64,000 nucleotides of DNA, taken from NCBI RefSeq assembly GCF_006345805.1, contig NC_043026.1:2852001-2916000 (forward strand), given 5' to 3'. The notes under the pieces were generated by a model. That model had not been told where the DNA came from and searched no databases. It saw nothing but the letters and a program-made list of their open reading frames with translations. The stretch is from Octopus sinensis. Taxonomy: Eukaryota. This document shows positions 39,338 to 51,992 of the stretch, piece by piece (within the stretch, counting starts at the first letter, position 1; each line of letters begins with the position of its first letter). The translations under genes were made by a program, and so were the position numbers.

Positions 39338-39527
39338 GCGCTGGCTGACGAGTCGGAGTTTGTGCGAGACACTGCCCTTCGTGCCGGGCAGCGCATCATC
39401 AACATGTATGCCGAGACAGCCATAGAACTGCTGCTGCCAGAACTGGAGAATGGTTTGTTTGATGAAAACTGGCGAATAAGATACAGTTCTGTGCAGTTAC
39501 TTGGGGACTTGCTCTACAAAGTGTCCG
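39338..39527 (+). CDS. GCN1: GCN1 exon w12 ([19 protein letters not shown]...LLYKVS)
   Basis: cag|GCG, G|gtgagt. Confidence 0.97.
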
Positions 39528-39639
39528 GTGAGTAGTTGTTTCCAGTTGTGGAGGGGCAGGGCTTTCTAATCAGCCCTTCATTCTCTGAGTTTTCCACCTG
39601 TCACCTTCTCGTCTTGTATACTGGCATGGAACATCTACA

Positions 39640-40550
39640 ACTGCATCAGCTAATGTGTCCCTTCCTCGTTGTTGTTTAGCCCCGGGTCAGTCCTGATCCA
39701 GTAGATCTATGATCAAAGACGTTCCAGCTGTGACCAACCTGTCTTTTATTTAGACATAGTGTATCAAGGACTACATTATCTAATGTGTCCGTCCTTGTTG
39801 TTTAGCCCCGGGTCAGTCCTGATCCACTAGATCTATGATCAAAGACGTTCCAGCTGTGACCATCCTGTCTTTTCTTTAGACATAAGTGTATCAAGGACTA
39901 CATTATCTAATGTGTCCTTCCTTGTTGTTTAGCCCCGGGTCAGTCCTGATCCACTAGACCTATGATCAAAGATGTTCCAAATGTGACCAACCTGTCTTTT
40001 ATTTAGACATAGTGTATCAAGGACTACATTATCTAATGTGTCCTTCCTTGTTGTTTAGCCCCGGGTCAGTCCTGATCCACTAGATCTATGATCAAAGATG
40101 TTCCAAATGTGACCAACCTGTCTTTTCTTTAGACATAAGTGTATCAAGGACTACATTATCTAATGTGTCCTTCCTTGTTGTTTAGCCCCAGGTCAGTCCT
40201 GATCCAGTAGATCTATGATCAGAGATGTTCCAAATGTGACCAACCTGTCTTTTCTTTAGACATAAGTGTATCAAGGACTAATTTGTTGTGTGTGCTTCTT
40301 TGTTGCTGTTTAGCCCTAGGTTAGTTCTGGTCCAGTAGACCTATGATCAGAGATGTTCCAGCTGTGACCACCCTGTCTTTTATTCAGTCATAGTGTATCT
40401 AGGACTACTTTATCCAATGTTTCGTTCTTTGTTTCTGTTGTTTAGCCCCAGGTCAGTCCTGATCTAACTGAACATTGGTCAGAGATTCTCCAACTGTGAC
40501 CATCCCGTCTTTTGTTCGGGCATAGTGTACATGGAACACATTATTAGATG
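39640..40550. repeat. ~127-bp minisatellite, about 7 copies
   Basis: TTAGCCC recurs at 39676, 39802, 39929, 40055, 40182, 40310 and 40442; related units at about 38565 and 50205-50570. Confidence 0.92.
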
Positions 40551-40720
40551 TGTCCTCTTTCTTATAACAAAAGGGACTGTGGGGGTCGGTGGGGAGGGGG
40601 GTATTTGACAGGCGTAAATAAAAGTCATATTTCTACATACATAGAAGCCCTCATCTCTGCCCCTGCCTCCTCATCATCTCCATCAAACCCTGTTTACTCA
40701 ACCCCTTGTTCTTTATCTAG

Positions 40721-40791
40721 GAGTCAGTGGCAAAATGTCTACGGAAACGGCCAATGAAGATGATAACTTTGGAACTGAGACTTCCCAGAAG
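40721..40791 (+). CDS. GCN1: GCN1 exon w13 (VSGKMSTETANEDDNFGTETSQK)
   Basis: tag|GA, AAG|gttagt; matches GKMTTETASEDDNFGT. Confidence 0.95.
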
Positions 40792-41019
40792 GTTAGTATT
40801 GCTGCTGTTGTTGTTGTTGTTGTTGTTGTTAAGTCAGCAACGTTGAGTCTGACTTCTTCCAATACCAGTAATATAAATTTTGGTTAATAAAAGTTTATAG
40901 GTGTGGCTGCGTGGTGAGGAATTTGCTTCCCAACCACATGGTTCCAGGTTCAGTCCCTCTGCGTGGCTATCCAAAGCCTTGTGAGTGGATTTGGTGGACG
41001 GAAACTAGAAGAAGCTTAT

Positions 41020-41021
41020 CG

Positions 41022-41060
<39 letters not shown>

Positions 41061-41178
41061 GTATGTATATATATATATGTATGTATGTTATATATATATG
41101 TATGTATGTATATATATATGTATGTATGTATATATATATGTATGTATATATATATGTATGTATATATATATATATATG

Positions 41179-41215
<37 letters not shown>

Positions 41216-41735
41216 AATATATATATATATTATGTATGTATGTATTATATATGTATGTATATATGTATATATATGTATGTATATTGATAATATATATGTA
41301 ATATATATATATATGTATGTATATATGTATATATATATGTATGTATATATGTATATATATATGTATATATATGTATGTATATATGTTATATATTATGTAT
41401 ATATATATATGTATATATATATGTGGTTAATATGTATGTATATATGTATGTATATATGTATGTATATATGTATGTATATATGTATGTATATATGTATATA
41501 TATATGTATATATATGTATGTATATATGTATATATATATGTATGTATATATATATATATATGTATGTATATATATATATATGTATGTGTATATATATATA
41601 TGTATGTGTATATGTATGTATATATATATATGTATGTATATATGTATGTATATATATGTATGTATGTATATATATATATATGCATGTATGTATATATATA
41701 TATATGCATGTATGTGTATATATATATATATAAAT
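41020..41735. repeat. (TA)/(TATG) microsatellite
   Basis: Direct reading. Confidence 0.98.
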
Positions 41736-41953
41736 TAATAATAAAATATTAGGGAATAAATCCAAACTTACAGGGAAAAATCAGATGTAGGATTAAATCC
41801 AATTTTATAGTATAAATATATTATATTAAATTAGAGATAAAACCACTATTAGGCAAATCAAACAGTGAAAAACATAAGCCAATACATAAAATAATTAATT
41901 TATATTATTTTAAATATATATCTAAAGTATTAAAAGTTTAATAAAAGATAGGA

Positions 41954-42005
<52 letters not shown>

Positions 42006-43904
42006 TGATATAGGGGTTGTGAGTGCAACCCACCATGGGATAACATATATCCAATATACTGCTAGTAAAGTACCCAACAAAGTTAATACATAAATGTTAA
42101 GAATTGCGATGCAATCAATTCATTTACTGTATTATATGGGCAAAAGTAAAATGTTTTACCACAAATTAATAATACAAAGTAAGAAAATGGAGAAATTAAT
42201 CTATCACACCTGGCTAATATGAGCATAATGAGATACCCGTATCTGCATGGCTGAAACAGCTGTAAGATGTAGTTTATATTTATATTTGTATTTATTTATA
42301 TTCACTTATACATACTGTACTTATTGTATCATATTACTCATTGATGTACATTGTTTTGTTCTATACTATTATGTTTGACCTTAATGTTCATATGTAGTGG
42401 TTTAATAAATTATGTGATTGGGTATTATCTGGTTGTTGATTATTGATTAAGGTGTATTTCTTCATTTTCTTATTTTGTATATATATGCACATTTCAAAAT
42501 GTACCCACATGTGAATTGTTGGTGGGTTTTTTTTTCCTCTGTCCTCCTTTGAGAAGAGCTTTTGCTTGAAACGTAAAAACCATCTTTCCTTTCTTCCCTG
42601 AGTGTCTGTTAATACTTTATATGTACCATGACCGCACGTTGTTGTTTTTTTGTATTCTTTGTTTTGGGGGATTTACTATATGTGTGTGTGTGTGCGTGTA
42701 TATTATATATGTATATATACACACTCACGAACACACATATTTGTTTGTGTTTCTCCCCCACACACACACTAGCTTGGCAATGTTGGTGTGTTTATGTCCC
42801 TGTGACTTAACAGTCCAACAAAAACAACTGATAGAATAAGTACTAGGCTTACAAAGAATAAGTCCTAGGGTCAATTTCTTCGACTAACACCTGAGGCGGT
42901 ACTCCAACATGGCCACAGCCAAATGTCTGAAACAAGTAAAAAATAAAAGAATATTTTACGTATATATTTAAGGTTGCAAGTTGGCAGAATCGTTGGCACA
43001 CTGGCAAAATGCTTTGTGGCATTTCATCTGTCTTTCTGAGTTCAAATTACGCTGAAATCAACTTTGCCTTTCATCCTTTTGGGTCAATAAATTAAGTACC
43101 AGTTACACACTGGGGTCAATGTAATCGGCTCAACCCCTCCTCAAAAATTTCAGGCATTGTGCTTATAGTAAAAAAGGATTATTATTATTATTGAGTGAGA
43201 GATTAGTGCATGCCATCAAAGTGACACTGGGGTAAAATATATGAAGCCCAATATACCCATCATGACTACCCGTCTGATAAGGGTACACCAGGCACATGCA
43301 TTACAACCATATGTGCTCGACATGGTGATCTCATATCAAGATAAACAGCACATGACCTTGCAGGTGGGGCCCTGTTAGAATTTTCTTCTGGTCAAGTAGC
43401 CCATCCCACTCAAAAGGTCCCTGAATAAGGGTTGTTTAAGGATGTTGAAAGAACCACCCATGTTTTCAGAGGTGAATTATTCAAACCCCAAAGAGTCCCT
43501 CTCAACACATTGTTATGATGCTCCTCCACTACTTCCTTTCGTGATCAGTGATGCACATATCGTCAGCCACTAAGGGACATGGTCAACTGGTTAAGGTCAA
43601 ACAACTGACAAGCAAATCTGTGGTATTGAGCAGAATATTTGCTGTAGCCCATCTTTTATACCAAGACAAAACAATGTACATGATAACACTTCCAATCAGT
43701 TAAGATCAGAAGCCATTAGAGCCACTGCCTGGTCCTGCATCAGGCCAAACGTTGTTGTTCTTCTTCTTCTTGTGAGCTAACAGATTCATTAAGCTGGTAA
43801 GCTAAAGGCTCAGCATCATTACATGGAGGACCTGACAGAGGGTCAGGGTCTTGTTATTGTTTTTTTTATTCTTATTACTACCTTATATATATATATATAT
43901 ATAT

Positions 43905-44330
43905 AGTGAAGGTGCATGTCTCAGTGGTTAGAGTGTCGAGCTTACTATTGTGAGGTTGTGAGTTCGAATTCTGGACCGGGCTACGTGTTGTGTTCCGGGT
44001 TCCGTCCTATTGCGTGGCACCTTGAGCAAGTGTCTTCTACTATAGCTGATCAAAGCCTTGTGAGTGGATTTGGTAGACGGAAACTGAAAGAAGCCCATCG
44101 TATATATATATATGTATATATATGCTTGTGTATATTTTGTGTCTGCGTTTGTCCCCCCACAACCGTCACTTGACAACCAATGGTGATGTGTTTATGTCCC
44201 CATAACTTAGCAGTTTAGCAAGAGTGAGACTGATAGAATAAGTACTAAGAGTCGATTTGTTCGACTGGGAGGGGTCAGTGCTCCTGCATGGCCACAGTCA
44301 AATGACTGAAACAAATACAAGAGTAAAGGC
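43905..44330 (+). mobile_element. SINE A variant
   Basis: tRNA-like head (GAGTTCGAATTC) plus family A body. Confidence 0.75.
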
Positions 44331-44415
44331 ATAACCCCCCCCCCCCCCACTTAATTGCATAGATTTGTGATGTCAGTTGTTTATTACCATTTTTCTTCTC
44401 GTTTTTGCACCCCAG

Positions 44416-44631
44416 GCTGTCTTGAGAGTATTTGGCAAAGGGCGTCGCAACAGGGTCTTGGCTGGCCTCTACATGGGTCGCTCAGACACTGCGCTACTGG
44501 TGCGACAGTCTGCACTGCATGTCTGGAAGATTATCGTGTCCAACACTCCACGCACACTCCGAGAGATTCTTCCTGTGCTCTTCTCATTACTGCTTGGATG
44601 TCTGGCCAGTACCAGCTACGACAAACGGCAG
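44416..44631 (+). CDS. GCN1: GCN1 exon w14 (AVLRVFGKGRRNRVLAGLYMGRSD...STSYDKRQ)
   Basis: cag|GCT, CAG|gtaagt. Confidence 0.97.
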
Positions 44632-45001
44632 GTAAGTGTATGTGTGTGTTTATGTTGAGGTGCTCCATCTGGCCGGTACCAGCTACGACAAACGGCAGGT
44701 AAGTGTGTGTGTATGCATATGTATTTATGTTGAGGTGCTCCATCTGGCCTGGACTAGCCACAACAAATAAGCAGAAAAATGTGTGTATGTGAGTGTGTGT
44801 TGCAGTGCTCCATCTGGCCAGGACTAGCCACAACATCATCATCATCATCATCATCGTTTAACGTCCGCTTTCCATGCTAGCATGGGTTGGACGGTTCAAC
44901 TGGGGTCTGGGAAGCCCGAAGGCTGCACCAGGCCAGTCAGATCTGGCAGTGTTTCTACAGCTGGATGCCCTTCCTAATGGCAACCACTCCGTGAGTGTAG
45001 T

Positions 45002-45400
45002 GGGTGCTTTTTATGTGCCACCGACACAAGTGCCAGACGAGGCTGGCGAACGGCCATGCTCAGATGGTGCTTTTTATGTGCCACCGACACAGGTGCCAGA
45101 CGAGGCTGGCGAACGGCCATGCTCAGATGGTGCTTTTTATGTGCCACCGACACAGGTGCCAGACGAGGCTGGCGAACGGCCATGCTCAGATGGTGCTTTT
45201 TATGTGCCACCGACACAGGTGCCAGACGAGGCTGGCGAACGGCCATGCTCGGATGGTGCTTTTTATGTGCCACCGACACAGGTGCCAGACGAGGCTGGCG
45301 AACGGCCATGCTCAGATGGTGCTTTTTATGTGCCACGGACACAGGTGCCAGACGAGGCTGGCGAACAGCCACGCTCGGATAGTGCTTTTTACGTGCCACC
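45002..45400. repeat. 63-bp minisatellite (about 6 copies) inside an RTE 3' UTR copy (about 44835-45555)
   Basis: 21-aa periodic ORFs; CAGATGGTGC at 45061 and 45124. Confidence 0.95.
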
Positions 45401-46146
45401 GGCATGGAGGCCTGTCGATCCGGTGCTGGCTACGGCCACGTTCGGATGGTTCTCTTATGTGCCACCGGCACTGGTACCACAACTACAAATTCCATTGATG
45501 TTGATCAATTTCGATTTCGATTTTGATTTGATTTTTTGATTTTCACTTGCCTCAACAAGTGAAAATCAAAAAATCAAACAAATAACAGAAAAGTGTTGTA
45601 TGTGTATGTGTGTGTGTGTGTGTGTGTGTGTAAAGGCACTGTATCTGGCCAGTACCAGCTATAACAAACAGTAGATAAGTCTGTGTATGTACTGAGGTGC
45701 TCCATCTGGCCAGTACCATCATCATCATCGTTTAACGTCCACTCTCGGATGCTTTGACTAAGGACTGCACCAGGCTCCAATCTGATATGGCAAAGTTTCT
45801 ACAGCTGGATGCCCTTCCTAATGCCAACCACTCCGAGAGCTTTGACAAATAACAGTAAGTATGTGTGTGTGTGTGTGTGTGTTGTGGTGCTCCCTCTGGC
45901 CAGTACCAGCTGTAGGTAGATTAGTGTGTGTTAGCTCAGAGAGGTAGATAGACCAATCTGGATGTGAACCAATGTTGCTGGTGTGGTGGCCATACACACG
46001 TGTGAAATTTGGTGACCACTGCTGGTGCCATCTTGTGGTTGTTTTTTGCATAAGAGCCAGAGAAAAATGGGATTAGCTAAGAAATAGATGATTGGGGAAG
46101 AAATTTCCCCCAAGGGGAGAGAATCATTGAGAAAGAGATTTTTATA

Positions 46147-46517
46147 CACAGGGTTTCGGATGAAGTAATGCCCTTCTTATTTAGTAATTTTTTATTGTAC
46201 AAAAATTTATTATATTACTTAAATAAATGGAAAAAAAAAAATTAATGAAAATAAATTGCAGTAGTTTTTAAAAAATCCATTAAGTCTGGCTCCATCAAAA
46301 TAATGTAATTCATTAAGATAATAATCTGAGCATGTTCAGTCCATTGCTGAACCTTCACAGCAACACTTTGACAAACCTTTTGACACATTTTCACATTAAT
46401 TGCAGAAAATTTATAAGATTTAACCATTCCTGAATGTTTTACTCGTAATGAGGTGGTGAACCATCCTTTTGAAAGTAGAAAACCATAAAAATTATACAAG
46501 AAAGAGTGTTACCCTGT
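46147..46517 (-). mobile_element. Internally deleted Tc1/mariner derivative
   Basis: TA|CACAGGGT...ACCCTGTG|TA; MCQKVCQSV remnant resembling a transposase C-terminus. Confidence 0.5.
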
Positions 46518-46526
46518 GTATATATA

Positions 46527-46565
<39 letters not shown>

Positions 46566-46763
46566 AAAATAAGCAACAAGAATGATTCCGGTAATTTGGT
46601 ACAATTGTTTCATACTACAACATTTTATTAAAAGCTGTAAATATTACAGCAGATTTAAGATGCTGAATAATCTTCAGCTAATTTATATATTCATATCTAC
46701 ATCTTTATCTTTAAATGTTTTTACTTGATCTGAAAACTTTTATATTATCGGAAAACCTATATA

Positions 46764-46855
46764 AAATTAGCTGAAGATTACTCAGCATTTTAAATCTGCT
46801 GTAATATTTACAGCTTTTAATAAAATGATGTAGTACGAAACGATCGTACCAAATT
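46764..46855 (+). ncRNA. Hammerhead-like motif in a fold-back repeat (homolog of 10288-10366)
   Basis: CTGAAGA 46771-46777, GAAA 46837-46840, palindrome ACGATCGT 46840-46847, GUA triplet; stem I has an A-C mismatch. Confidence 0.55.
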
Positions 46856-47162
46856 ACCGGAATCATTCTTGTTGCTTATTTTTGATTATAATCACCCCGC
46901 AAATTTTTATGGGTGACACCGTACAAAATTCTGGTGCATCTAAATTAAGTACCATATTCATTTGAATCTAAATTGTTGCTGATCCTATATATATATATAT
47001 ATATACTTATTTTGCTTTTATATAATTCATTATGTGTGGTTAGTTAGTTGAGGTTTTTTTTTCTGTTTGCAATTAGATGCAGATAAATTTTAATTTTTGT
47101 TTCGTTCTTTTGGGGAAATTCTCAAGGCACCACAATTGAAGATAAACTACACAGTCATTTAG

Positions 47163-47383
47163 CCCTTTCGTTACCAACCTGACTGAAACCACCTCTGGTT
47201 CTGTAGTACAAATGTCTTGTTTTCATAAGTTCTGAATTAAAATCTTCCACCAAACCTTAGTCACAATTTATGTTCCTAACACTAGCTTAATGATAAAGAA
47301 GTTATTTTACTAAATTCTTTGTTATATTTAAAGTAATTGAAAGAAAAACAGAGAATCTCAAAATAAATACAGTAATGAAAGGG
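47163..47383 (-). mobile_element. Solo piggyBac-like MITE
   Basis: Reverse complement of the 2829-3803 unit; CCC...GGG termini, TTAG/TTAA flanks. Confidence 0.75.
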
Positions 47384-48413
47384 TTAAAACGTTTAGGAAC
47401 TTTATAAACGATTGACTTTACTTTCCTTTTCTCTTTTCAAAATTAGGAAACAGAAAATATGTGAGAAGAGGGGGTTAAAAACCCCTAAGTCACTTATCTA
47501 TGTGTAAACACACACACATATGCATGTATATAAAGAAGTGTAAATTGAGAGATGTTTGGCTGCTACTTCTGCCAGTTCTGGCTCACATTTAGAGATCTCG
47601 CTCATTAGCTTATACATAAGAGAGAAAGGTATGATTTGAGGGAGATTCAGCTGTTATTTCCATAAAGTTGTTTAGCCACCATGTTGAAGTCTCTCTCAAT
47701 GGCTCATATGCACACATTGGACAGTTATATGTGATTAGAGGGAGATTTGCTGCTATTTCTACCATGCCGAGGTCTTTGGCTCATACATACACAAGACAGT
47801 TGGGTGTGATCTGAAGGAGATTAGGTTGCTATTTCTAACAGATCTAGTTACCTTAAGAAGTCTCCATTACTGCCTCATCTTATATATAAATAGCAGTTGG
47901 GTTGCAGTTCCTACATACAATAAAAGACATTAAATTGTGATGTGAGTGAGGTTTAGCTGCTATTTCTTCACGGCAACTCAGTAGGTGGTGATTTGAGGGA
48001 GACTTGGCTGCTGTTTTTCTGTGCATGAACACTATATGTATATGACATAAAGGCGGCGAGATGGCAGAAACATTAGCACGCCAGGCAAAATGCGTAACCG
48101 TATTTCGTCTGCCATTACGTTCTGAGTTCAAATTCCACCGAGGTCGACTTTGGCTTTCATCCTTTCAGGGTTGATAAATTAAGTACCTGTTACGCACTGG
48201 GGTCGATGTAATCGACTTAATCTGTTTGTCTGTCCTTGTTTGTCCCCTCTGTGTTTAGCCCCTTGTGGGTAGTAAAGAATTACATATATGTACATGACAT
48301 TTTTACTGAAAGGGCTGGAAGCATCAATTAGCCAGCAATTAGTTGCGTGAGGGACCACCATTGATTGTCACAACTCATTAAGCTTCATCTATTCTTTTGC
48401 ATTCATTTTACAG

Positions 48414-48578
48414 GTGGCAGCACGAACACTTGGAGATTTAGTGCGGAAACTGGGCGAGCGTGTTTTGCCTGAAATTATCCCAATCTTGGAGAAGGGTCTC
48501 GATTCAGATCGCAGTGACGAGAGACAGGGAGTTTGTATAGGGCTCAGTGAAATCATGGCTTCAACCAGCCGGGATCAT
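48414..48578 (+). CDS. GCN1: GCN1 exon w15 (VAARTLGDLVRKLGERVLPEIIPILE...STSRDH)
   Basis: cag|GTG, CAT|gtaagt. Confidence 0.97.
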
Positions 48579-49289
48579 GTAAGTATTTTGCCATTTGGTG
48601 ACGGTGGTGATGGAGTTGTGTGCTTTTGTGGTATTCGTCCAACCCTTTTGTTTCTTTTTCACTTTCTACATTGGCACTCCATTGGTTTAACAACAAGGGT
48701 TCCAGGTGATCCAATCAACGGAGCAGCCTGCTTGTGAAATCAGCATGCAAGTGGCTGAGTACTCCACAGACACGTGTGCCCTTCACGTAGTTACAAATGA
48801 GATTTTCAACATGACGCAGGACGTGACGTTGCAGGTACAACATGCTTTTACCAGCTGAGTGGACTGCAGCAACGTGAAATAAAGGGCCTTGCTCAAGAAC
48901 ACAATGCTCTCCCTATTATCAAACTCATGACCTTACAATCAGGAGCCCCACGCACCCTTCACACACACAAGCAAGCCGAAACATCAGAGCAACTCTGTAA
49001 AAGTTAATAAATATTTACTCAACTGAAAATATATTTCTGTGTGCATGTATGGAGGTGTTAGACTCGTGATCTTAAGATTGTGGTTTCAATTCCTGGGCCG
49101 GGAGATGCGCTGTGTTCTTGAGCAAAGCACTTCATTTTGTATTGTCCTGGTACACTCAGGTGGCAGAAGTGAGTTAATCCTGCGACAGGCTGGCGTCCCA
49201 TCCAGGAGGGGGGAATATATACACCATGAAACTGGGAAAGTGGCCCTCATGACCCTTGCGTAGAGAAGGAAACAGTATATATATATATG

Positions 49290-49895
49290 GGCATAGTGAC
49301 TATGTGGTAAGTAGCTTGCTTCTCAACCACATGGTTCCGGGTTCAGTCCCACTGTGTGACACCTTGGGCAAGTGTCTTCTACTATAGCCTCGGGCCAACC
49401 AAAGCCTTGTGAGTGGATTTGGTAGACGGAAACTGAAAGAAGCCTGTCGTATATATATATGTATATATATATGTATGTGTGTGTTTATATATATATATAG
49501 GTGCAGGAGTGGCTGTGTGGCAAGTAGCTTGCTAACCAACCACATGGTTCTGGGTTCAGTCCCACTGTGTGGCACCATGAGCAAGTGTCTTCTGCTATAG
49601 CCTCGGGCCGACCAAAGCCTTGTGAGTGGATTTGGTAGACAGAAACTGAAAGAAGCCTGTCGTATATATGTATATATATATGCGTGGGTGTGTCTGTGTT
49701 TGTCCCCCTAGCATTGCTTGACAACCGATGCTGGTGTGTTTATGCCCCCGCCACTTAGCGGTTCGGCAAAAGAGACCGATAAAATAAGTACTGGGCTTAC
49801 AAAAGAATAAGTTGTGGGGTCGATTTGCTCGACTAAAGGCGGTGCTCCAGCATGGCCACAGTCAAATGACTGAAACAAGTAAAAGAGTAAAGAGA
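49290..49895 (+). mobile_element. SINE A with tandem double head
   Basis: Two heads (about 49295 and 49505) followed by one body. Confidence 0.8.
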
Positions 49896-49986
49896 GAGCT
49901 CCATACACTCAGGCATGTGTGTGTGTTGTCTGTCTGTCCGTCTTCTCTCCTCGCCTTTCACTCTCTCTCTCTTCCTCCCTCCACAG

Positions 49987-50148
49987 GTGACTGTGTTTGC
50001 CAACAACTTAATCCCCAGTGTGCGCCGGGCCCTGTGTGATCCCCTACCAGAAGTGAGGGAAGCAGCAGCTCGTACCTTTGACAACCTCCACCACAACATC
50101 GGTGCCAGGGCCCTCGATGAGATCTTGCCAACCCTGCTCCAGAAACTG
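49987..50148 (+). CDS. GCN1: GCN1 exon w16 (VTVFANNLIPSVRRALCDPLPEVREAAA...LLQKL)
   Basis: cag|GTG, CTG|gtgagt. Confidence 0.96.
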
Positions 50149-50624
50149 GTGAGTGCTTCACATTTCTAATTCCTTTTTATTGTGGTTTGTTTTTAATTCT
50201 TGTTTTTGTTTAGCCCCAGGTCACTCCTGATCCAGTAGAGATACGATCGCAGATGCTCCAACTGTCTTTTTATTCAGACATAGTGTATCTAGGACTACAT
50301 TATCTAATGTGTTCTTTGTTCATGTTGTTGTTTAGCCCCAGGTCACCCTTGATCCAGTAGACCTACGATCGCAGATGCTCCAACTGTGACCATCCTGTCT
50401 TTTTATTCAGACATAGTGTATCTAGGACTACATTATCTAATGTGTTCTTTGTTCATGTTGTTTAGCCCCGGGTCAGTGCTAAACCACAAGATCTGTAATT
50501 AAGAATGTTGCATTTATGCTCATATTGTCCTTTATTCAGGCATAGCCTATCTAGGATTACATTATCTTATGTGCCATTTGTTGTTGTTTTTGTACTGATT
50601 CTTATTTTGTGTCTTCCATTTCAG

Positions 50625-50720
50625 TCTGAGCCAGGGTCGTCATCAGAATGGGCCCTGGATGGTCTGAAACAAGTGATGACGGTCAAGAGTCGAGTTGTGC
50701 TGCCGTATTTAGTTCCACAG
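50625..50720 (+). CDS. GCN1: GCN1 exon w17 (SEPGSSSEWALDGLKQVMTVKSRVVLPYLVPQ)
   Basis: cag|TCT, CAG|gtaaca. Confidence 0.95.
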
Positions 50721-51658
50721 GTAACATTGCCCCTAAATTTCTCCCTGTCCCCTTCTTTGTCTGGGTGAACAGGACCAGGGAGGTTCATCATCATTCAACA
50801 TCTGTTTCCTATGCCGGCATGTGTGTGTGTGTTGAGAATAATAAGGCAGTCACACTGTTAGATGAATTATATTTTTATTTACATTATTTTTAGCCTGTTC
50901 TTCCATGATTAGATTTATCAAAAATTTGCTAAAAATGTAAATAAAAATATAAACATAACCATCGTAAAAGCACTATCCGAACGTGGCCGATGCCAGCGCC
51001 GCCCCGACTGGCTTCTGTGCCGGTAGCACATAAAGAGCACCATCCGAACGTTGCCAGCGCCGCCTTGGCTGGCACGTTAAAAGCTCCAACCGATCGTGGA
51101 CGATGCCGGACCACCCCCCACCCCCCCGGCACCTGTGCAGGTGGAACGTAAAAAGCACCCACTACACTCGCAGAGTGGTTGGCGTTAGGAAGGGCATCCA
51201 GCCATAGAAACTCTGCCAGATCAGACTGGAGCCTGGAGCAGCCCCTGGCTTCCCAGACCCCGGTCGAACCATCCAACCCATGCTAGCATGGAGAACGGAT
51301 GTTAAACGATGATGATGATCATCATCATCATCGTTTAACGTCCGCTTTCCATGCTGGCATGGGTTGGACGATTTGACTGAGGGCTGGCGAACCAGATGGC
51401 TGCGCCAGGCTCCAATCTGATCTGGCAGAATTTCTATAGCTGGATGCCCTTCCTAATGCCAACCACTCCGAGACTGTAGTGGGTACTTTTATGTGCCACC
51501 GGCATGAGGGCCAGTCTGGCAGTACTGGCAACGGCCACACTCAAATGGTGTTTTTTACGTGCCACCTTCACAGGTGCCAATCCAGTGGCACTGGCAATCT
51601 AACATTCTCACTACCTTGTTATTCTCAACATACAATATCTGTACATCACTTCAAAATC

Positions 51659-51691
<33 letters not shown>

Positions 51692-51698
51692 TTATATA

Positions 51699-51954
51699 CA
51701 TTGGGTTGGTGCATAATTATTGCGGCTTTTTTTCAACAAATTTTATTCAACAAAAACAACAACAACATGTAACAAAAACATCTTTAAATGATTATTCTGG
51801 AGCATATTCACCATCTCCTTCAATTACTGCTTCCCATTTGCTTGGCAGACGGTCAGACCGTCATTCAAAGATGTTTTTGTTAAATATTCTTATCGTTTTT
51901 GTTGCATAAAATTTGTTGAAAAAAACCCCGCAATAATTATGCACCAACCCAATG
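51699..51954. mobile_element. Mariner MITE with Hsmar1/MADE1-like TIRs
   Basis: TA|CATTGGGTTGGTGCATAATTATTGCGG...CCGCAATAATTATGCACCAACCCAATG|TA; TIR about 48 bp. Confidence 0.9.
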
Positions 51955-51992
51955 TATATAAATATATATATATTTATATATATATATATATA

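Noticed and set aside
38882-39535. Extended single ORFs covering GCN1 exons plus flanking sequence
   Set aside because: Homology is limited to the GT-AG bounded part; flanks are intronic repeats
44874-45539. 221-aa ORF with 21-aa repeats
   Set aside because: Product of a 63-bp minisatellite inside an RTE UTR; open in several frames on both strands
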